A DNA stretch of 64,000 nucleotides. It comes from Lama glama (Eukaryota). The stretch spans positions 20,772,001-20,836,000 of the forward strand of contig CM052832.1 of assembly GCA_028534125.1 (NCBI GenBank), given 5' to 3'. Below, piece after piece: positions 50,328-63,140 of this stretch (the first letter of the stretch is position 1; each line of letters begins with the position of its first letter). Under the pieces are notes generated by a model. That model did not search any database and had not been told where the DNA came from. It was given only the letters and a program-made list of their open reading frames with translations. A program made the position numbers and the translations under genes.

Positions 50328-50404
50328 AACAGTCACATTGTGAGGTAATGTGAGTATTAAGACTTTAACATATGAATCTAGGGGACATATTTCAGCCCAT
50401 AACA
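50328..50404 (-). mobile_element. MLT1A/B/C 5'-end fragment
   Basis: acagtcacattgtgaggt..ttaagactttaacatatgaat..ttcagcccataaca. Confidence 0.75.
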
Positions 50405-50449
50405 AGATTCTTAGCACAGAAGAGCCTTTTCCGGTTTGCAAGAAGCTGG

Positions 50450-50605
50450 TATGTACACCATCTTATTTGCCACCTAAAACAACCCAGGAAGGCAGGTGGG
50501 ACCGTCATTACCTCCATTTAACAGATTCATAAATACACATTCAAGCCAGGACTCAAACCCAGGACTTTTGAGTCTAAATACAGTGATCTTCCAATTGTAT
50601 CACAC
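50450..50605 (-). mobile_element. MIR fragment
   Basis: acctccatttaacagat..agccaggactcaaacccagg. Confidence 0.7.
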
Positions 50606-51016
50606 CACCTATCTGGGATGAGGGACCGACAATGATCAGCAAGTTAAAAGAAGGCACCAGTGACCTTTTAACTGTGTGTTGGGCAGGCAATCAGTTGCTC
50701 TAAGTTATTGTTTCATCTGTAAGTGTCAATGGCTCTTTTCATCTGTAGGCCACCTCTGCACACAGGACAGTGTCAGAAACACAGTAGCTGCTCAGTATGC
50801 TTTAGATTTAATTGAAGCTAATTAAGCTTCACTACTCAGACTATACATACTATTAAGTGCCCCTTTAAATATCCTCCAAACTACCTCTCTCCAGCCTCTT
50901 AACTCTAGAGGTCTCACAGCACTTTACTCATAAATCCTTAAAACAGGAATGTGAAGAAGGAAAATGAAACGCAATATACCATCCTTTTAATGGGCTTCAT
51001 TACCAAATAAGGATAT

Positions 51017-51021
51017 TCTCT

Positions 51022-51059
<38 letters not shown>
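51017..51059 (+). repeat. (CT)n microsatellite
   Basis: Directly visible. Confidence 0.95.
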
Positions 51060-51062
<3 letters not shown>

Positions 51063-54000
51063 AAAACTTTAAACACAAAGAGCAATTCAGCTGTATAGAG
51101 GGAGGTCAAGTGTTCTCACTCTTCCCATCCCCACATTTTAAGGTCATCATTTTATATGTTTAAGCAATTTCTATTACATCGAACTATGAAAATAGAAAGT
51201 GCTATATAATACAAACACAAATCCTTTGGGACCAGAGATTTTGGATGGATTTTCTATAATCCATGTGGGCACTTTATAGTATGTACCTAAAACAGCAAAA
51301 CCACAGCTTTTACTGCACAGAGTTTTATATCAGAAATATCAACTGAGTCAAACAGCTCAATCTGGCTGAGGTTAAAAACGTGGGCATGTAACAGCTTTAA
51401 GAAAAATGCTCAATAAGGAATGTTTATTTGCCAAACAACACTCCATGTAACCTCCTTAACTCTTCCATTGCATTGGGGTTCAAAGAACCCCAAGACATCC
51501 TCCATTAGCCTGAATTTCCTAGATGTTCAAGGTCCAGATCTTCCCTTCACCTATTTTTATACCTGAAATTCACCCAATGTGGTATATGCTAGAACCAAAT
51601 AAAACGAGAATGTAAGTCTCAAAAATCAATCCTCTTCTTTATTGTATATTTTTAAATGAGAAATAAAGAAGGCAATTACTAAATACAGACTTTCAGAAAT
51701 AATTAGTGACAGAATCAGCTCTTGAACTTAAGACTTCTGCTTGCTAGTTAATACCCATTACTCTTGTCGTTCCGCTGGTGGCCAGCAAGCAGTTGGTAAT
51801 AAATGAATACAATGATGTACACTGGACCTTAAAAATAAGTGGGCACTTGCACCAAAGAATTGAGTCTCATTTCAGACGGATACTGCAATAGCCCACTGAG
51901 ACTCCCCTTCTATTTAGAAAACCAAGAGCATTGGAAGTTATGAAGGAGGCAGTGTTTCAATCACCTGTAACCCCACCACTGTATTTTAAACTATACTTTC
52001 ATTTACAACAGGACAGTATTTTGAAATATTAGCTTGTCCTCCTTGACCCTGGTCCCATTTATTCAGTTAAAGCATTTTTTTTTAATTTGTTGCTTTAGAG
52101 AAGGCATAACGCAGAAGAAGACTAAAGGAGAAAGACAAAGGGAGTCAAGTTTTGTTTTAACAGCCTACTCTTCAGGAAGAAATGAAAAACCTCAAATAAT
52201 AAGCAAGAGTCTTGAGACTACGCTCCAGAGGGAAAGACAGGCTACTTTACTTCCAAGCTGGACAAAGTTTCCCCACAGAGAAGGAGAATAGATGGGAGGA
52301 GAGGAGAGGGTGTTTAAACTCTGTGGACTTCTCAGAAACTGCTGGTTAGATTTGGGTGTCTGGAAGGTCTAAGAGGAAAGAAAGAGCATGCACAATCTTT
52401 TACCCCAGGAAGGTGGCAAGACCCCAGGAAAGAAGTATCTGGGAGGTGTGGTTAGGCAAAGAGGGTCTCCCACCCCTGGATCAGCATAAGGAAGAAACAG
52501 AAGGTCTCCATGTGAACCAATACTTGAGAATGAGTCAGAAACAAAGAAAACCCCTTGCAGGAAAGAACAAAGAATCACATGTGAAAGAAGACATCTCGGT
52601 CCAGGCCAGGGTGGATAAATGTCAGCGTGGGAAGAGTGCCAACGGCTGTTTGGTGCCACAAAAGAGCAGAGCCCCTCTGAACTCGCACCCCCTTCATGCT
52701 CTGGCTCTAGCCATCCCCTTAAACTTAGGTGCAACCCTTAGGAAGAAGGAAGCATCCCTGAACTGAACAAAATTAAGACCCAGGGAATCGGAGGCTTAAA
52801 AGCGAAATTAGGTTTAAAGAAAGAAAGATACGTTGTTACGTTTCTTGTACATCTGAGTTCCTCTGCTAAGATTTATACCCATTAGCCATTTCTCACTATT
52901 TAGTTTTCATTTATGTACGTTTTCACATTTGCCTTACTTAAAACTGTTATGGTCATCCTACTGTACTTGAAATTAAAACATCCAGCAACATAATTATAAA
53001 ATATAAAGTTAAGATTACACACAGACGAGTAAAAAATTTATACATTTTATTCATTAAGAAGCATTGGTCTTGCAATAACATAAATAAAGTCTGGTGGGGT
53101 TTTTTTTGTTTTCTGTTTGTTTGTTTTTTTTTGACAAGCAGCTTTTTATCTTCATAACATTCCTTTAGTACAAACATATCTGAGGCCCCATTTTTCTCTT
53201 GGTCTATGGAGACCACTCCTTGTCTTCCTCTATCAAGTCACAGCTTGTCAAGGCATACTTTTTTTCCTTGTTAAAATATTTATTTTTGTTCTCAGGTTAT
53301 TGAAGATAGTTGTATACGTATGCCTTAAAATACTAGGGTTACTTGAAATGACGAAGTGCCTAGAGTCGAGCTCCAATTTTTCAACAATTAAGTAATTTTG
53401 TCAGCATTATGTAAAAACAGGCAATGCTTATGTCCATCTTTGATCAGCTCTACATTAAAACAGGAACGATGCCATCATAATGTAAAGGTATACACAGCCC
53501 TCCCCAAAACACTGGTGATTAGGATAATAGGCTAAATATACTAACACCCCATCCTCTGCACAAACACAAAAGGTACAGAATATAGATGATGGTCCCATGT
53601 CAAGGTGCTGAAAGGCTACACAATTAGAGAATGCCACTGTCCTTTCTCTAGTGACATAATCACACATTCAACAAGGTCGCAAATGTACAGATGATCCCAT
53701 TACTATGGCTACAAACGGCAAAGGCCATCAGTAAGCAAGTAGTAAAGTGCAAAAGACCACCTACTGGTTTGAGAAATTAGAACCAACAGCAATGGAAGAA
53801 TGAAGGGGGAAGAGGAAGAGGCCAGCTCTGGAATGTTTTGTCTATGTAATGTGCCTTAATTTTATAATTCCATCACTTGAAATGTTTAAAACCGACAGCA
53901 TGAGACTTTTAAACACCAGTACCTAGACATTGTCTAACAGTGGTTTAAGGAGGTGAAAGCTGCCAAGGAGGCATTTTTCTCATTTCTAAAATCTGGAGTG

Positions 54001-54532
54001 ACTGGATCACAGGGGTCTTTGTCTAAGTCTCCAGATTCTGATTCTTTATAATATTCTTTCACACCATGTCACCCGATATCGCCTCTCCATCACCCTCATA
54101 GGAAAAAGGACTGGTCCCTATCTCGAAAATATATGCTGCAGAAGAGTCTTCCCTGCTACCTGGGAAGCTGAGAGGGTGCTCAAGTTCACAGAATGCATAA
54201 AAGAAGTGCTTTTCTCCAACCAAAGTGTGTGCGGCATAATGGGTAATCTTGAATCCAGTTCTTCTCAGGTGAGGAAAATCACTTTAGAGACGTCTAGGAT
54301 TTTAACTCTGTGAAGAGGCATGAGTTGAACAGGACAGAGAAGGCGATTCCAGGGCACTAACTTGTGCATTCAGGAGCCTTAGGAACAGAGCCAGAGAGTC
54401 ATCAGAGAACAGACGGTAGCTTTCAGAAAGGAGTCTCAAGGGCCATCCAGTCTGCAGCCATCATTGTAAAGAGGAGAAAACAAAAGTCCAAGAAGTTTAT
54501 TGCTGAGACTAGACACATACATTCCTCCAGAG

Positions 54533-54718
54533 CAGGGTTTAGCCAATTTTTTTTCCGGAAAGGGACAAATAGTTTTTATCTCTGTCACAATTACTCAGTT
54601 CTGCTGTTGCAGCCTGAAAGCAGCCATAGACAATATGTAAATGAATGGCTGGGGCTGCATTCTTAGAAAGCTTGCAAAACAGGCTCCAGCCCACTGGCTA
54701 CACCATCCCAGCCCCTGC
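54533..54718. mobile_element. MER58A-type hAT MITE
   Basis: cagggtttagccaatttt..tctctgtcacaattactcagttctgc..gaaagcagccatagacaatatgtaaatgaatgg..cccctg. Confidence 0.88.
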
Positions 54719-55075
54719 ACTATGGGACATCATGCTACATCTCAGCTCAGGGTCCCACTCATCATGAACTAGGGAACGCAAACATCATGCTCTCAGCTCT
54801 TCCAAAGTACCTTTCAATGCTTCTCTAGAATGGCTTGAAATGACCCTTTAATAAAAGAGACATTTATTAGCAGATATTCATCCTTGCTACCATATGCAAA
54901 GAGACTGCTTAAGAATTAAAAAACACAGATGATGTTCGAGCCAGTCCCAGCATTTTCCCATGTCTGAATACTGAACCACATCCTGGACTTCTTAGGTATG
55001 TGCTTCCCCTACCTAAGGTTTCTGTCACTTGCAACCAAAAATTTTAAACCAGCAGCTAAGTGAATTTTCACTTAC

Positions 55076-55170
55076 CCGGGGTTTACCACTTAAAGCACCG
55101 TCATTTCTGTGTTTTAATTTCACTATCTCTAACGCAAATCCCTCACATATTTGTTGTATATTGCTCAGAG
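55076..55170 (-). other. Candidate 95-nt exon (weak acceptor, unverified)
   Basis: ttaatctctacttaag|CTCTG...CCCCGG|gtaagt; one frame open. Confidence 0.2.
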
Positions 55171-55239
55171 CTTAAGTAGAGATTAACATATTTAAATGTT
55201 ATTTAAAGAACAATCAGCACTTTAAACATGTAAAAGAAT

Positions 55240-55460
55240 GATACCTTACATTTGGGTAGAACTTTTAAATGTATGATACATTTTTATTGTAAAATTGTTC
55301 CTTACTACAATCTTGTGAGGTAGCCAGGGAAGTTATCATTGTCCCCATTTTGTGGATGCAAACAGAGATAATTGTGTAATTCCCTGGAGGTCTCCCACAG
55401 CTAATAAGTAATACTAAAACTCAAGTCTTAATCTTTGTCAAGTGCTCTCCTAACTACACT
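55240..55460 (-). mobile_element. MIR SINE
   Basis: acaatcttgtgaggtag..attgtccccattttgtggatg. Confidence 0.75.
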
Positions 55461-56549
55461 TCCCCCTTCTGGACTGTGATATAAACTACTTCTGCATGAC
55501 CATTTTCATTGCTGTTTCCCTCCTGTCGGGTGGCTGGCGTCGACTTTCTGTTTCCACCATCTCTCCACATACTAACTTTCTCCATTAAGGTTCTATCAAT
55601 AATTTCTTATTTCCTAGGTGAGGGGTTCTGGAAAATCAGATCATCAAGCATGTTGAGGATTATGTATTAAATGGGTCAACTCCACACTCATGACAACTCA
55701 AGACAACATGGGGAGTTTCAGGACAAGGGCTTTGCGGCGAACAGGGAAATGCTTTCTTTCCAGACTTCTTAGTTGAGGTAGTGCTGCATGAGGCTGGGGT
55801 TCCTGAAACACTGGCCTATGGAAATTCACAAGCCAAAGAAATCCCATCCCAACATAAGTGAGGGACACTCATAGGACTTCCCTGACCACAAATGGCAACA
55901 CATTTTGAACTCTACACTTCACAGGAGCCAAGATCTACGTGCAAGTACTGATACTACACAGGGATTTATATTTCCCTTGAAAAATGGAACGAGGAATCAG
56001 TGCTTCCCAACTGCCTTTATATGAGGCTCTTGGCAAGCTTTTCATTATCCCTCCCAAACCTACAGTTCAGTGAACTGCTCCCAATACTCCAATGCTGGGA
56101 CATTTCAAGCTCCCTCTCTCATGTTCGTTTCTTTTCTTTAGACATTGGAAGAAACCTGAATTTTTCACTTCCATGAAAACAATTTAATTTTACAATTCCT
56201 GGGTCACATGTACTGAGTTTCCTGGTCAAATGCTTTTTATTTCTCTGTGGGCTAAAAAGAACGTAACTTACATTTACATCTCAATTTAACTTGACAAGAC
56301 CTGAGGGAAACAGTTTTCTCCATATGAATCCAGAACATTCATCTTCCAGATTTCAGGATATTATGATAGAGAGCTGCCAGATCTATTTTTCATGTGGAAC
56401 TTCAGTCATTGTTTTCCTTCCCCTCCACCTCTTCCTCCTCTTTCTTCTCCACCTCCTCCTCCTTTTTATCATAATCAGAGCTAAAATTAACGAGTGCATA
56501 CTCTGTTCCAGGTATTTCATAAGTAATTCATACACTGAGGAGTTACCAT

Positions 56550-57580
56550 CAATCTAATTTTCAGACTCCATTCAAGTTTTACCAATTCTCAAAACAATCG
56601 GTCCATTTCAGAATCACACACTGCAATGAGTTATCATGTCTTTCAAGATGCCTCAGACTGGAACAGTTCCTTTGTCTTTCCTGGACTTTAATACCTTCGA
56701 CATTTCTGAGAATTAGAGTTTAATTCTTTTGTAGACTATGCCTCCATGAGGGTTTATGATGCTTCCTCATGATTAGACTCTGTTTATGTGTCTGTGGCAA
56801 GAATAACAGCTGTTTCTCATTGCATTCTATCAGGTGACAGTTTGGACTTACGCCATCACTGATGGTGTCCACTTTCATTACTTGGTTAAGTTGGTATCTG
56901 CCAGGGGTTCCCACCTGAAAGTTACTTGTTTCCTCCTTTATCATTAGTGTCTTATGGGGAAATATTTGAAGGTATCTAAATCTCCCATTCATCAAATTTT
57001 AATTTACTCACTTATTTATGGCTATCACCATGGAATTATGATTTTCTTAATTTAATAGGCTATAATACATAATATTCATTTATTTTCTTGATCAAATTAT
57101 TCCCAATTTGGCCTATGGGAGCCTCTTTAAGATGACTTCTAGGTCCTTTTGACATATTCCCATCACATTTTCTGGCACAAGATGCTCCAGGCTTATACTG
57201 TACTTTCTCTATCCAAACTCTGAAATTAACCATTTTTTCCAAGGGGCTCTCTTTTCTTATAATGCAAACTGATCATCAGAAGCCAAGATATGGGTGCTAA
57301 GCGTGCTCACTGCTATTGCAGTGTCTTGTTCCCAGGCTCATCCAGAGGATAGTGCTAGGGAAGAACACATATATACAAATCTACATACGTTTACATCTTA
57401 ATGTATTATTATAGCTATCTATATTTAATTTAAAAAATATAGAGTTCACATCAATGTGTTCAACTCCAGTATTTTCTTCTTTTTCATATTTTTAAATTCT
57501 CTGACAGTGAGCAACTTGGCTTCCGTTACCCTCCATGTATCTGCCTATTTGATCAGTTCATCGTATGTAACCAAGTTCTC
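56550..57580 (-). mobile_element. L1MC4-like 3' region
   Basis: ctggaacagttcctttgtctttc..ttcctcatgattagactc..tcccaatttggcctatgggagcctctttaag. Confidence 0.85.
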
Positions 57581-57775
57581 ATATCCCCTTCCTGTCCCAT
57601 TCGCATGCAGATGCCCATTCGCCCCACTCTGGATCTGACGACTTTTGCCAGGTCACTTCCTGTGTGGATGCTCTTCTGCCCTGTATGGGTTTTGATGCAA
57701 CTGCCCCTCCACAGGAATGCCCCCCTCATCTCCCTCGATCTCTGACTCCACAAGATCAGCCACCCCCTACCATAT

Positions 57776-58217
57776 TGTAGTGGGTTAAATAGCAGCCCAC
57801 TGGAAAAGAATACAATCACTGAAAATTTCAGGATGTGGCATTATTTGGAACAAGGGTCTTTGCAGATGTAACTAAGGTAAGGATTTCGAGGTGAGATCAT
57901 CCTGGATTAGTGATGGCCTTAAATCCATTAATGGATGTCCTGATAAGAGACAGAAAGAGCAGAGAGGGCCATGGGAAGACAGAGTCAGAGGTTAGAGTGA
58001 TGTATCTACAAGCCAAGGAACGTCAAAGGGATGCTGACAGCCATCAGAAGGTAGAAAGATGCCTGGCAAAGCTTCTCCTTCAGTAATTCCAGAAGGAAAC
58101 ACCTTGCTAATACCTAGATTTTGATATTCTGTCCTCCAGAAAGGTAGAAGAATTTCTGATGTAGTAAGCTATCAAGTTTGCGGTAATTTGTCACAGCAGC
58201 CCTGGTAAACTAATACA
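57776..58217 (+). mobile_element. MLT1C-like MaLR LTR
   Basis: TGTAGTGGGTTAAAT..agggtctttgcagatgtaa..ctacaagccaaggaa..gcagccctggtaaactaatACA. Confidence 0.92.
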
Positions 58218-58282
58218 GAGTTTGGTACTGGGAGTTAGGACCTGGACATACCCATTTGGGACCTACATTTCAATTAACTACA
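58218..58282 (-). mobile_element. MaLR post-LTR stub fused to an inverted MLT1C 5'-end fragment
   Basis: gagtttggtac then tgggagttaggacctggacata..ttcaattaactaca. Confidence 0.75.
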
Positions 58283-59249
58283 CACATGTGTATCTTCTTC
58301 CCCCTGCTTTATCTCTAAAACCCCACAATAGGCTGTCCCCACAAATGACCATCCTCCTGACCAGGCTGCCCTCCCATCAATGCCTACTCATCCCCAGGGG
58401 TGTGACACCCTGCTCTAAGCCATCACTGCTCCCCCTCTTTTTCCTTGCTGCAGATGGACAGACACATCATAGCTTTAGGGATGAATCTGAGAGTTAGAAA
58501 GAGGAAGAAAGGAGAATTCCTTTAACACTTTATCTCAACGTACATTAATGTAGGTGATGAACAGTTGGTACTGCTCACATTTTTGACCTTCCACATAAGA
58601 CAAAAGTGCAAGCACTTTCTAAAATAAAGCAAAAGGCATCAAAAATATGCCCACTGCCTGATGCAAGGAAAATACACATAATGCTCATGACAGAAAAATT
58701 CTTTTTTAAAATCACTGCCTTCTTTTCAACACAGTCACTCCTCGTTTGATCTAAATATGACATTTTAAAAAAAGGTACTCATGTGTCCCATGTACTGAAC
58801 TGAGTACGGTTTCAGAGATTAATTACTTCATCAAGGGGAAAAAAAGAAAAAAAGACAAAGTGGCTGAAGATGTTTTCTCTCCTTTAAGCTTCCGGGATTT
58901 TTTGGCAACCTCAAAAGAAACTCCAAGATATGACGGTGACACACCAACAAGATAAAACACAGGATGTTGGAAAACCGGAAATAAAGCAGGACCATCACAG
59001 GAGATCTTGGGTTGATGTTACTATACTTTAGTGATGAAGTCCTTAATTAAAACACATCCATAAGTTCAGATTATCACAAGGCCATTCTGAAAGCTGGGAA
59101 TTGAGGGAGAAAATGGAAAGTAGAGCTTGTTTCATTTTCATAGTTTCAAGCAGCACATTTTAGCAAAGCTTTGAGCTTTAGCTGAAACTCCGAGGAGAGA
59201 GAAAGAGGGAAACTTTAAAACTACTTCCTGAAGTTTATTTTTTAAAAAG

Positions 59250-59760
59250 TTCTGTTTTTCTTTACATCTTTTGTGATTGGTGTTCTTGCAGATAAGTCAG
59301 CATCCAATGCAGGAGCAGAGCAAGCTTTATGGGTCCCTCTTGTTATGCAGCATTGAAAGACACAGGAAATTTTACTGCACATTTGCTGCCTTCAATTTCC
59401 CCAGATTGTTTAACAATTCTGTGCTTCTGCAACATAAAAGACAGGCCAGAAACCTGAGGCCGCATTTTTCAGCTCCAGATCGAACATGACATTACACACA
59501 GAGTTTGACAATTTGGCTTGTTCTTTGAAAGCCATCAGACTGCTATGACCGGGATGCTAGGGGGGCTGGGGGGGATGAAGTCTTTAGGAGGCCAAATTTG
59601 TAAAAACGTAATTTCCATTATTCACTGGCAAGTTGTAATTACAATTAGTAAGATTAATATTAATGAAAACGGTTTGTAAGGATGCAAGAGGGACGTAATT
59701 CGTTGGGGAATGACTCATTACAGTACACTCTGTTCCATTATGCTGCAGAGAAAAGATCTG
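59250..59760. promoter_or_regulatory. Candidate enhancer-like non-repeat element
   Basis: Dense TAAT/ATTA cores, two 12-bp palindromes and AP-1 TGACTCA; motif evidence only. Confidence 0.35.
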
Positions 59761-59799
59761 GGATGGGAAATCACACCTCATCAGCCTATTTGGACTTAC

Positions 59800-59830
59800 C
59801 AGCTTGCCACCTCTTGTCAGCTCTGTAGTG
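59800..59830 (-). other. Candidate 31-nt exon (unverified)
   Basis: aaaattttctttag|CACTAC...AAGCTG|gtaagt. Confidence 0.25.
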
Positions 59831-60594
59831 CTAAAGAAAATTTTAAACTACAACAGTCAATATAATCATTTCTCAAGTGGATCCATTCATCTCTCATCAA
59901 AAAGAAAAGACAAAATGAGAGAAGAGCATTTTTCTGTGTTTGAATTGCATTTAATACCTTGGGAGATATAATGATACTGAAGCCTTAAAATCTATGATGT
60001 TGCCTGCAGTGTTTGACAATACTAACTTTAGCCTGTAGAACAAATTACAGTAAAAGCCTGCATATTTGGTAGTCTTTCAGCCAGAAGCTCCTCTCTAATA
60101 GCAATTCCAAGCTTTGCCATTATGGTAAAAATCGATAACTCGTGATTATGGCTGCTTGCATGATGCTGCTGCCTTCTCAAACAAAAGTTACATTTTGTCA
60201 GGCAATTTTACTGTGTATTTCTTATGCTCTAGACCTCTGAAAACTGGTACAATTATAAAACAGTATTATAAACATATACAGTGTACATTATTTTAAATTT
60301 TAACATGTTATATACATGTAGAGTTGTAAATACATATTATAAATGTCTCATAATATGTATTTTCATAATATATGTGAATGACTGAATTATATGATTCTGC
60401 TTATTTACTTAATATTTTACTCCTGGTTCTTTCAGTCTTTCTTTCGCTTCTTTCTTTGTTTTTGATGATGCATGAATCTATAACCCTAGCCTCTTAGCTT
60501 TATTTTGGTCTCAGATTTTTAACCAGTTGAGTACCTCTTTTTAGCAGTCCCAATTTCTTCAGGAGAAAATGTGGTATATTTTGCATGCATTTTA

Positions 60595-60643
60595 TACACA
60601 CACACACACACACACATATATATACACACACACACACACACAC
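60595..60643 (+). repeat. (CA)n(TA)n(CA)n compound microsatellite
   Basis: Directly visible. Confidence 0.95.
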
Positions 60644-60739
60644 TAAATACATAAACATATCACCTGGTATTTACACAACAGCTACTTAGATCCCAGGTGT
60701 TACTGTGTTTAGTATCATATATACATACACTGCATCATT

Positions 60740-60890
60740 TGACTGTCATAATTAATGTGCACTTCAAGCAGCGTTATTTTAAAGATGAGGTGAAAGGCTT
60801 TGTGATCTGCCAAAGGCCACAAGGCTAAGAAAGCCATAGAGCCAAGACAAACTGGATCCCACCAGCATCTTAAGTGCTATTCCTTCCATT
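60740..60890 (-). mobile_element. MIR fragment
   Basis: attttaaagatgagg..gtgatctgccaaaggccacaaggctaag. Confidence 0.6.
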
Positions 60891-61300
60891 ATGCATAATT
60901 TCTCCATATCCACCACTCTTCGTGTTTCTAGACGAGAAATCTTCAGGATAATAACTGACTTGATTTCCTTGTGACTTTTTCTTCTTCATTCATATATTCA
61001 ATTTGTAATCAATTCATCAAATTTTTTTTCTTGGCTTAATTTCCATCCTTATTCCCCATCCCTCCTCTTTCCCTCATTACCTTACAGGGTTAGAATACAA
61101 GAGAATTCTACCCTAGCTTATCTCTTTGCCTCTTACCCTCCTTCTGCATATCAATGCTGTATCCATCTTAAAACACCATTCACCATGCCATTTCTCAGTA
61201 TCCTGATTATCTAGGGTAATAGTTCTCAAAAAATATTTTTTCTTGAGTAATATATCTTACATTGTGATGTAATAAACATATCTTTGTGTCTATACACATA

Positions 61301-62348
61301 CAGTTGATGCTCATTATTCACAGATTAGGTATGTGCAAATTCATCTACTTGCTAAAATAGACTTACAACCCCCAGATCAACACTCGCAGCACTTCTGCAG
61401 TCTTTCACACACGTGTGTAGAGATGAAAACTTCCAGTCTCCTGATGCTCATGCCCCCAAGGAGGCTGAACATGTGATGCTCTGCCTCCTTGCTGCAGCTC
61501 TCAGGTTGCAAACAAGGATCCTTTTCACAGTCTGTTTAATGCCACATCTTCTGCATTTTCGTGCTTTTTTTGTGGGTAATTTTGCTGTTTAAGAAGGGTC
61601 CCCCAAGAACAGTGCTGAAGGGCTAACTAGTGTTCTTAAGCACAAGAAGGCTGTTATGTATCTAAAGGAGAAAATATATGTGCTGGACAAGTTTTGTTCA
61701 TGCATAAGTTGTAGTGGTGCTGGCCGTGAGTTCAGCGTTAATGAATCAACTGTATATATCAAATATGGTGTCTTTAAACACAAACACATGTAAAACCAGG
61801 TTCTGTACTGATTGATTGATGAAAACTTTGTAACCAGAGGATCAGAAGAACCTAACTATCCGATTCTTCACTTCACACCATTTCATTTTCACAAAACACC
61901 TATGTTAGTACCTGTTTTTACTAACTGAAAAACAATTTGAAGATGATTTTCACTTTTACAGAAAAAAGTGAAGAGTAAAAATTGCACTCATCCTGTTTTA
62001 CAGCTGGGTGTCAGAGAGGCAGCTTGCACCCCAAGCAGTGGTGGGAAGTACACCTTCCCCAGAAACATTCAGCAACTCAACATCAAGTCACCATAACTTA
62101 AACTGTGTCCACGAGCATCTGTGCTTTATCTTGATTTATTTTGTACGCCAGTTAGCAAGTTGTGTCCTAAGGTAACTGCCTCTTTGCTTTATGCCATTTC
62201 AGCTTACAGAAAGTTTCATAGGAACACTCAAGTTTCAAATATTGGGAGAAGCCTGTACATCCCCTAGGAGCAACGGTTCCATATTTACTAATTTATGTTT
62301 TCGCCAACTCCATAGAACGTAACTACCACAAATAACAAGAATTGACTG
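61301..62348 (+). mobile_element. MER82-like Tigger non-autonomous element
   Basis: TA|CAGTTGATGCTCATTATT ... AATAACAAGAATTGACTG inverted termini; internal cacaagaaggctgttatg. Confidence 0.85.
61857..62255. mobile_element. Second, younger Tigger-type MITE nested in the MER82-like element
   Basis: Interrupts the host between gaacctaac and tacatcccctaggagc; ends ..gggagaagcctg|TA. Confidence 0.75.
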
Positions 62349-62899
62349 CTCGTAACTAAAACAAGCACTTCACAAAAATCTTTATAACTATAAGCCACCG
62401 ATTTCTTTCCATTCTACTCTATTCTATCCATTGCATTAAAACAAATATGCTGTGACCAAATGCATTAATTTCATAACCTACTAAGGAGTCAAGATCCAAA
62501 GTGAAAGGTTACTGATCCAGGACCTACTACTATAAGACAAAGCAATTTTGAAATGGCCTTTAAGGCCCTTCATGATCCTGATTCATTCTCTGTCTCTCTT
62601 CTTACCTCGAGTGCTCTGTTTTACCATGCTTATTTCAACTGTGGGGGGTGGTATGAACTTTGTTTACAGTCCTATCATAACAGGTCCCCCCACTTGAGCT
62701 TTCTTGCTTAAATCAGACCAATGACATAAAAAAGCAACTCAGGACCTAGTTGTTACTCATTTTAAAAATAAAGCCTTCTCAGATTTCTCAGAGTCACATC
62801 GGTTTTTCATTTCTTTGAAATCTCTTAGAACTAACTGTTTCAAGTTGCAGACTTTCCTTCTGGTTGAGATGAAGATTAGACAACTGATGTCTGCCTTCT

Positions 62900-63140
62900 A
62901 GATGAGTAGTCTGGTTAGGAAACACAGACAATATTCTGAGTTAAGTGACTCTTCTACCACAAATAAGGTGACTGTGGGTGGCTTACTTACACATTAAAGT
63001 CTCATATATCCTCACCTGTAAAACGGAGATATTAACACTGACTACCATACTGGGTTTCGGTGAGAAGTAAAAGAGAGAATTTATGTGCTTCAAACAATAA
63101 TGGGTAGAAATGACTGCTCAGTAACTTTCAGTTATTTAGT
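62900..63140 (+). mobile_element. MIR SINE
   Basis: cctcacctgtaaaacggagatattaac..gtttcggtgagaagtaaaagag. Confidence 0.75.

Larger units (their letters stand above)
61215..62515. mobile_element. hAT-Charlie element (MER113/Charlie4-like), split by nested Tiggers
   Basis: Left end atagttctcaaa; right part aaatatgctgtgaccaaatgcattaatttcataacctacta..aaggttactg. Confidence 0.5.

Noticed and set aside
52034..52766. Overlapping 85-136 aa ORFs on both strands
   Set aside because: No recognisable domain or exon structure; the region may be an old LTR that I could not assign
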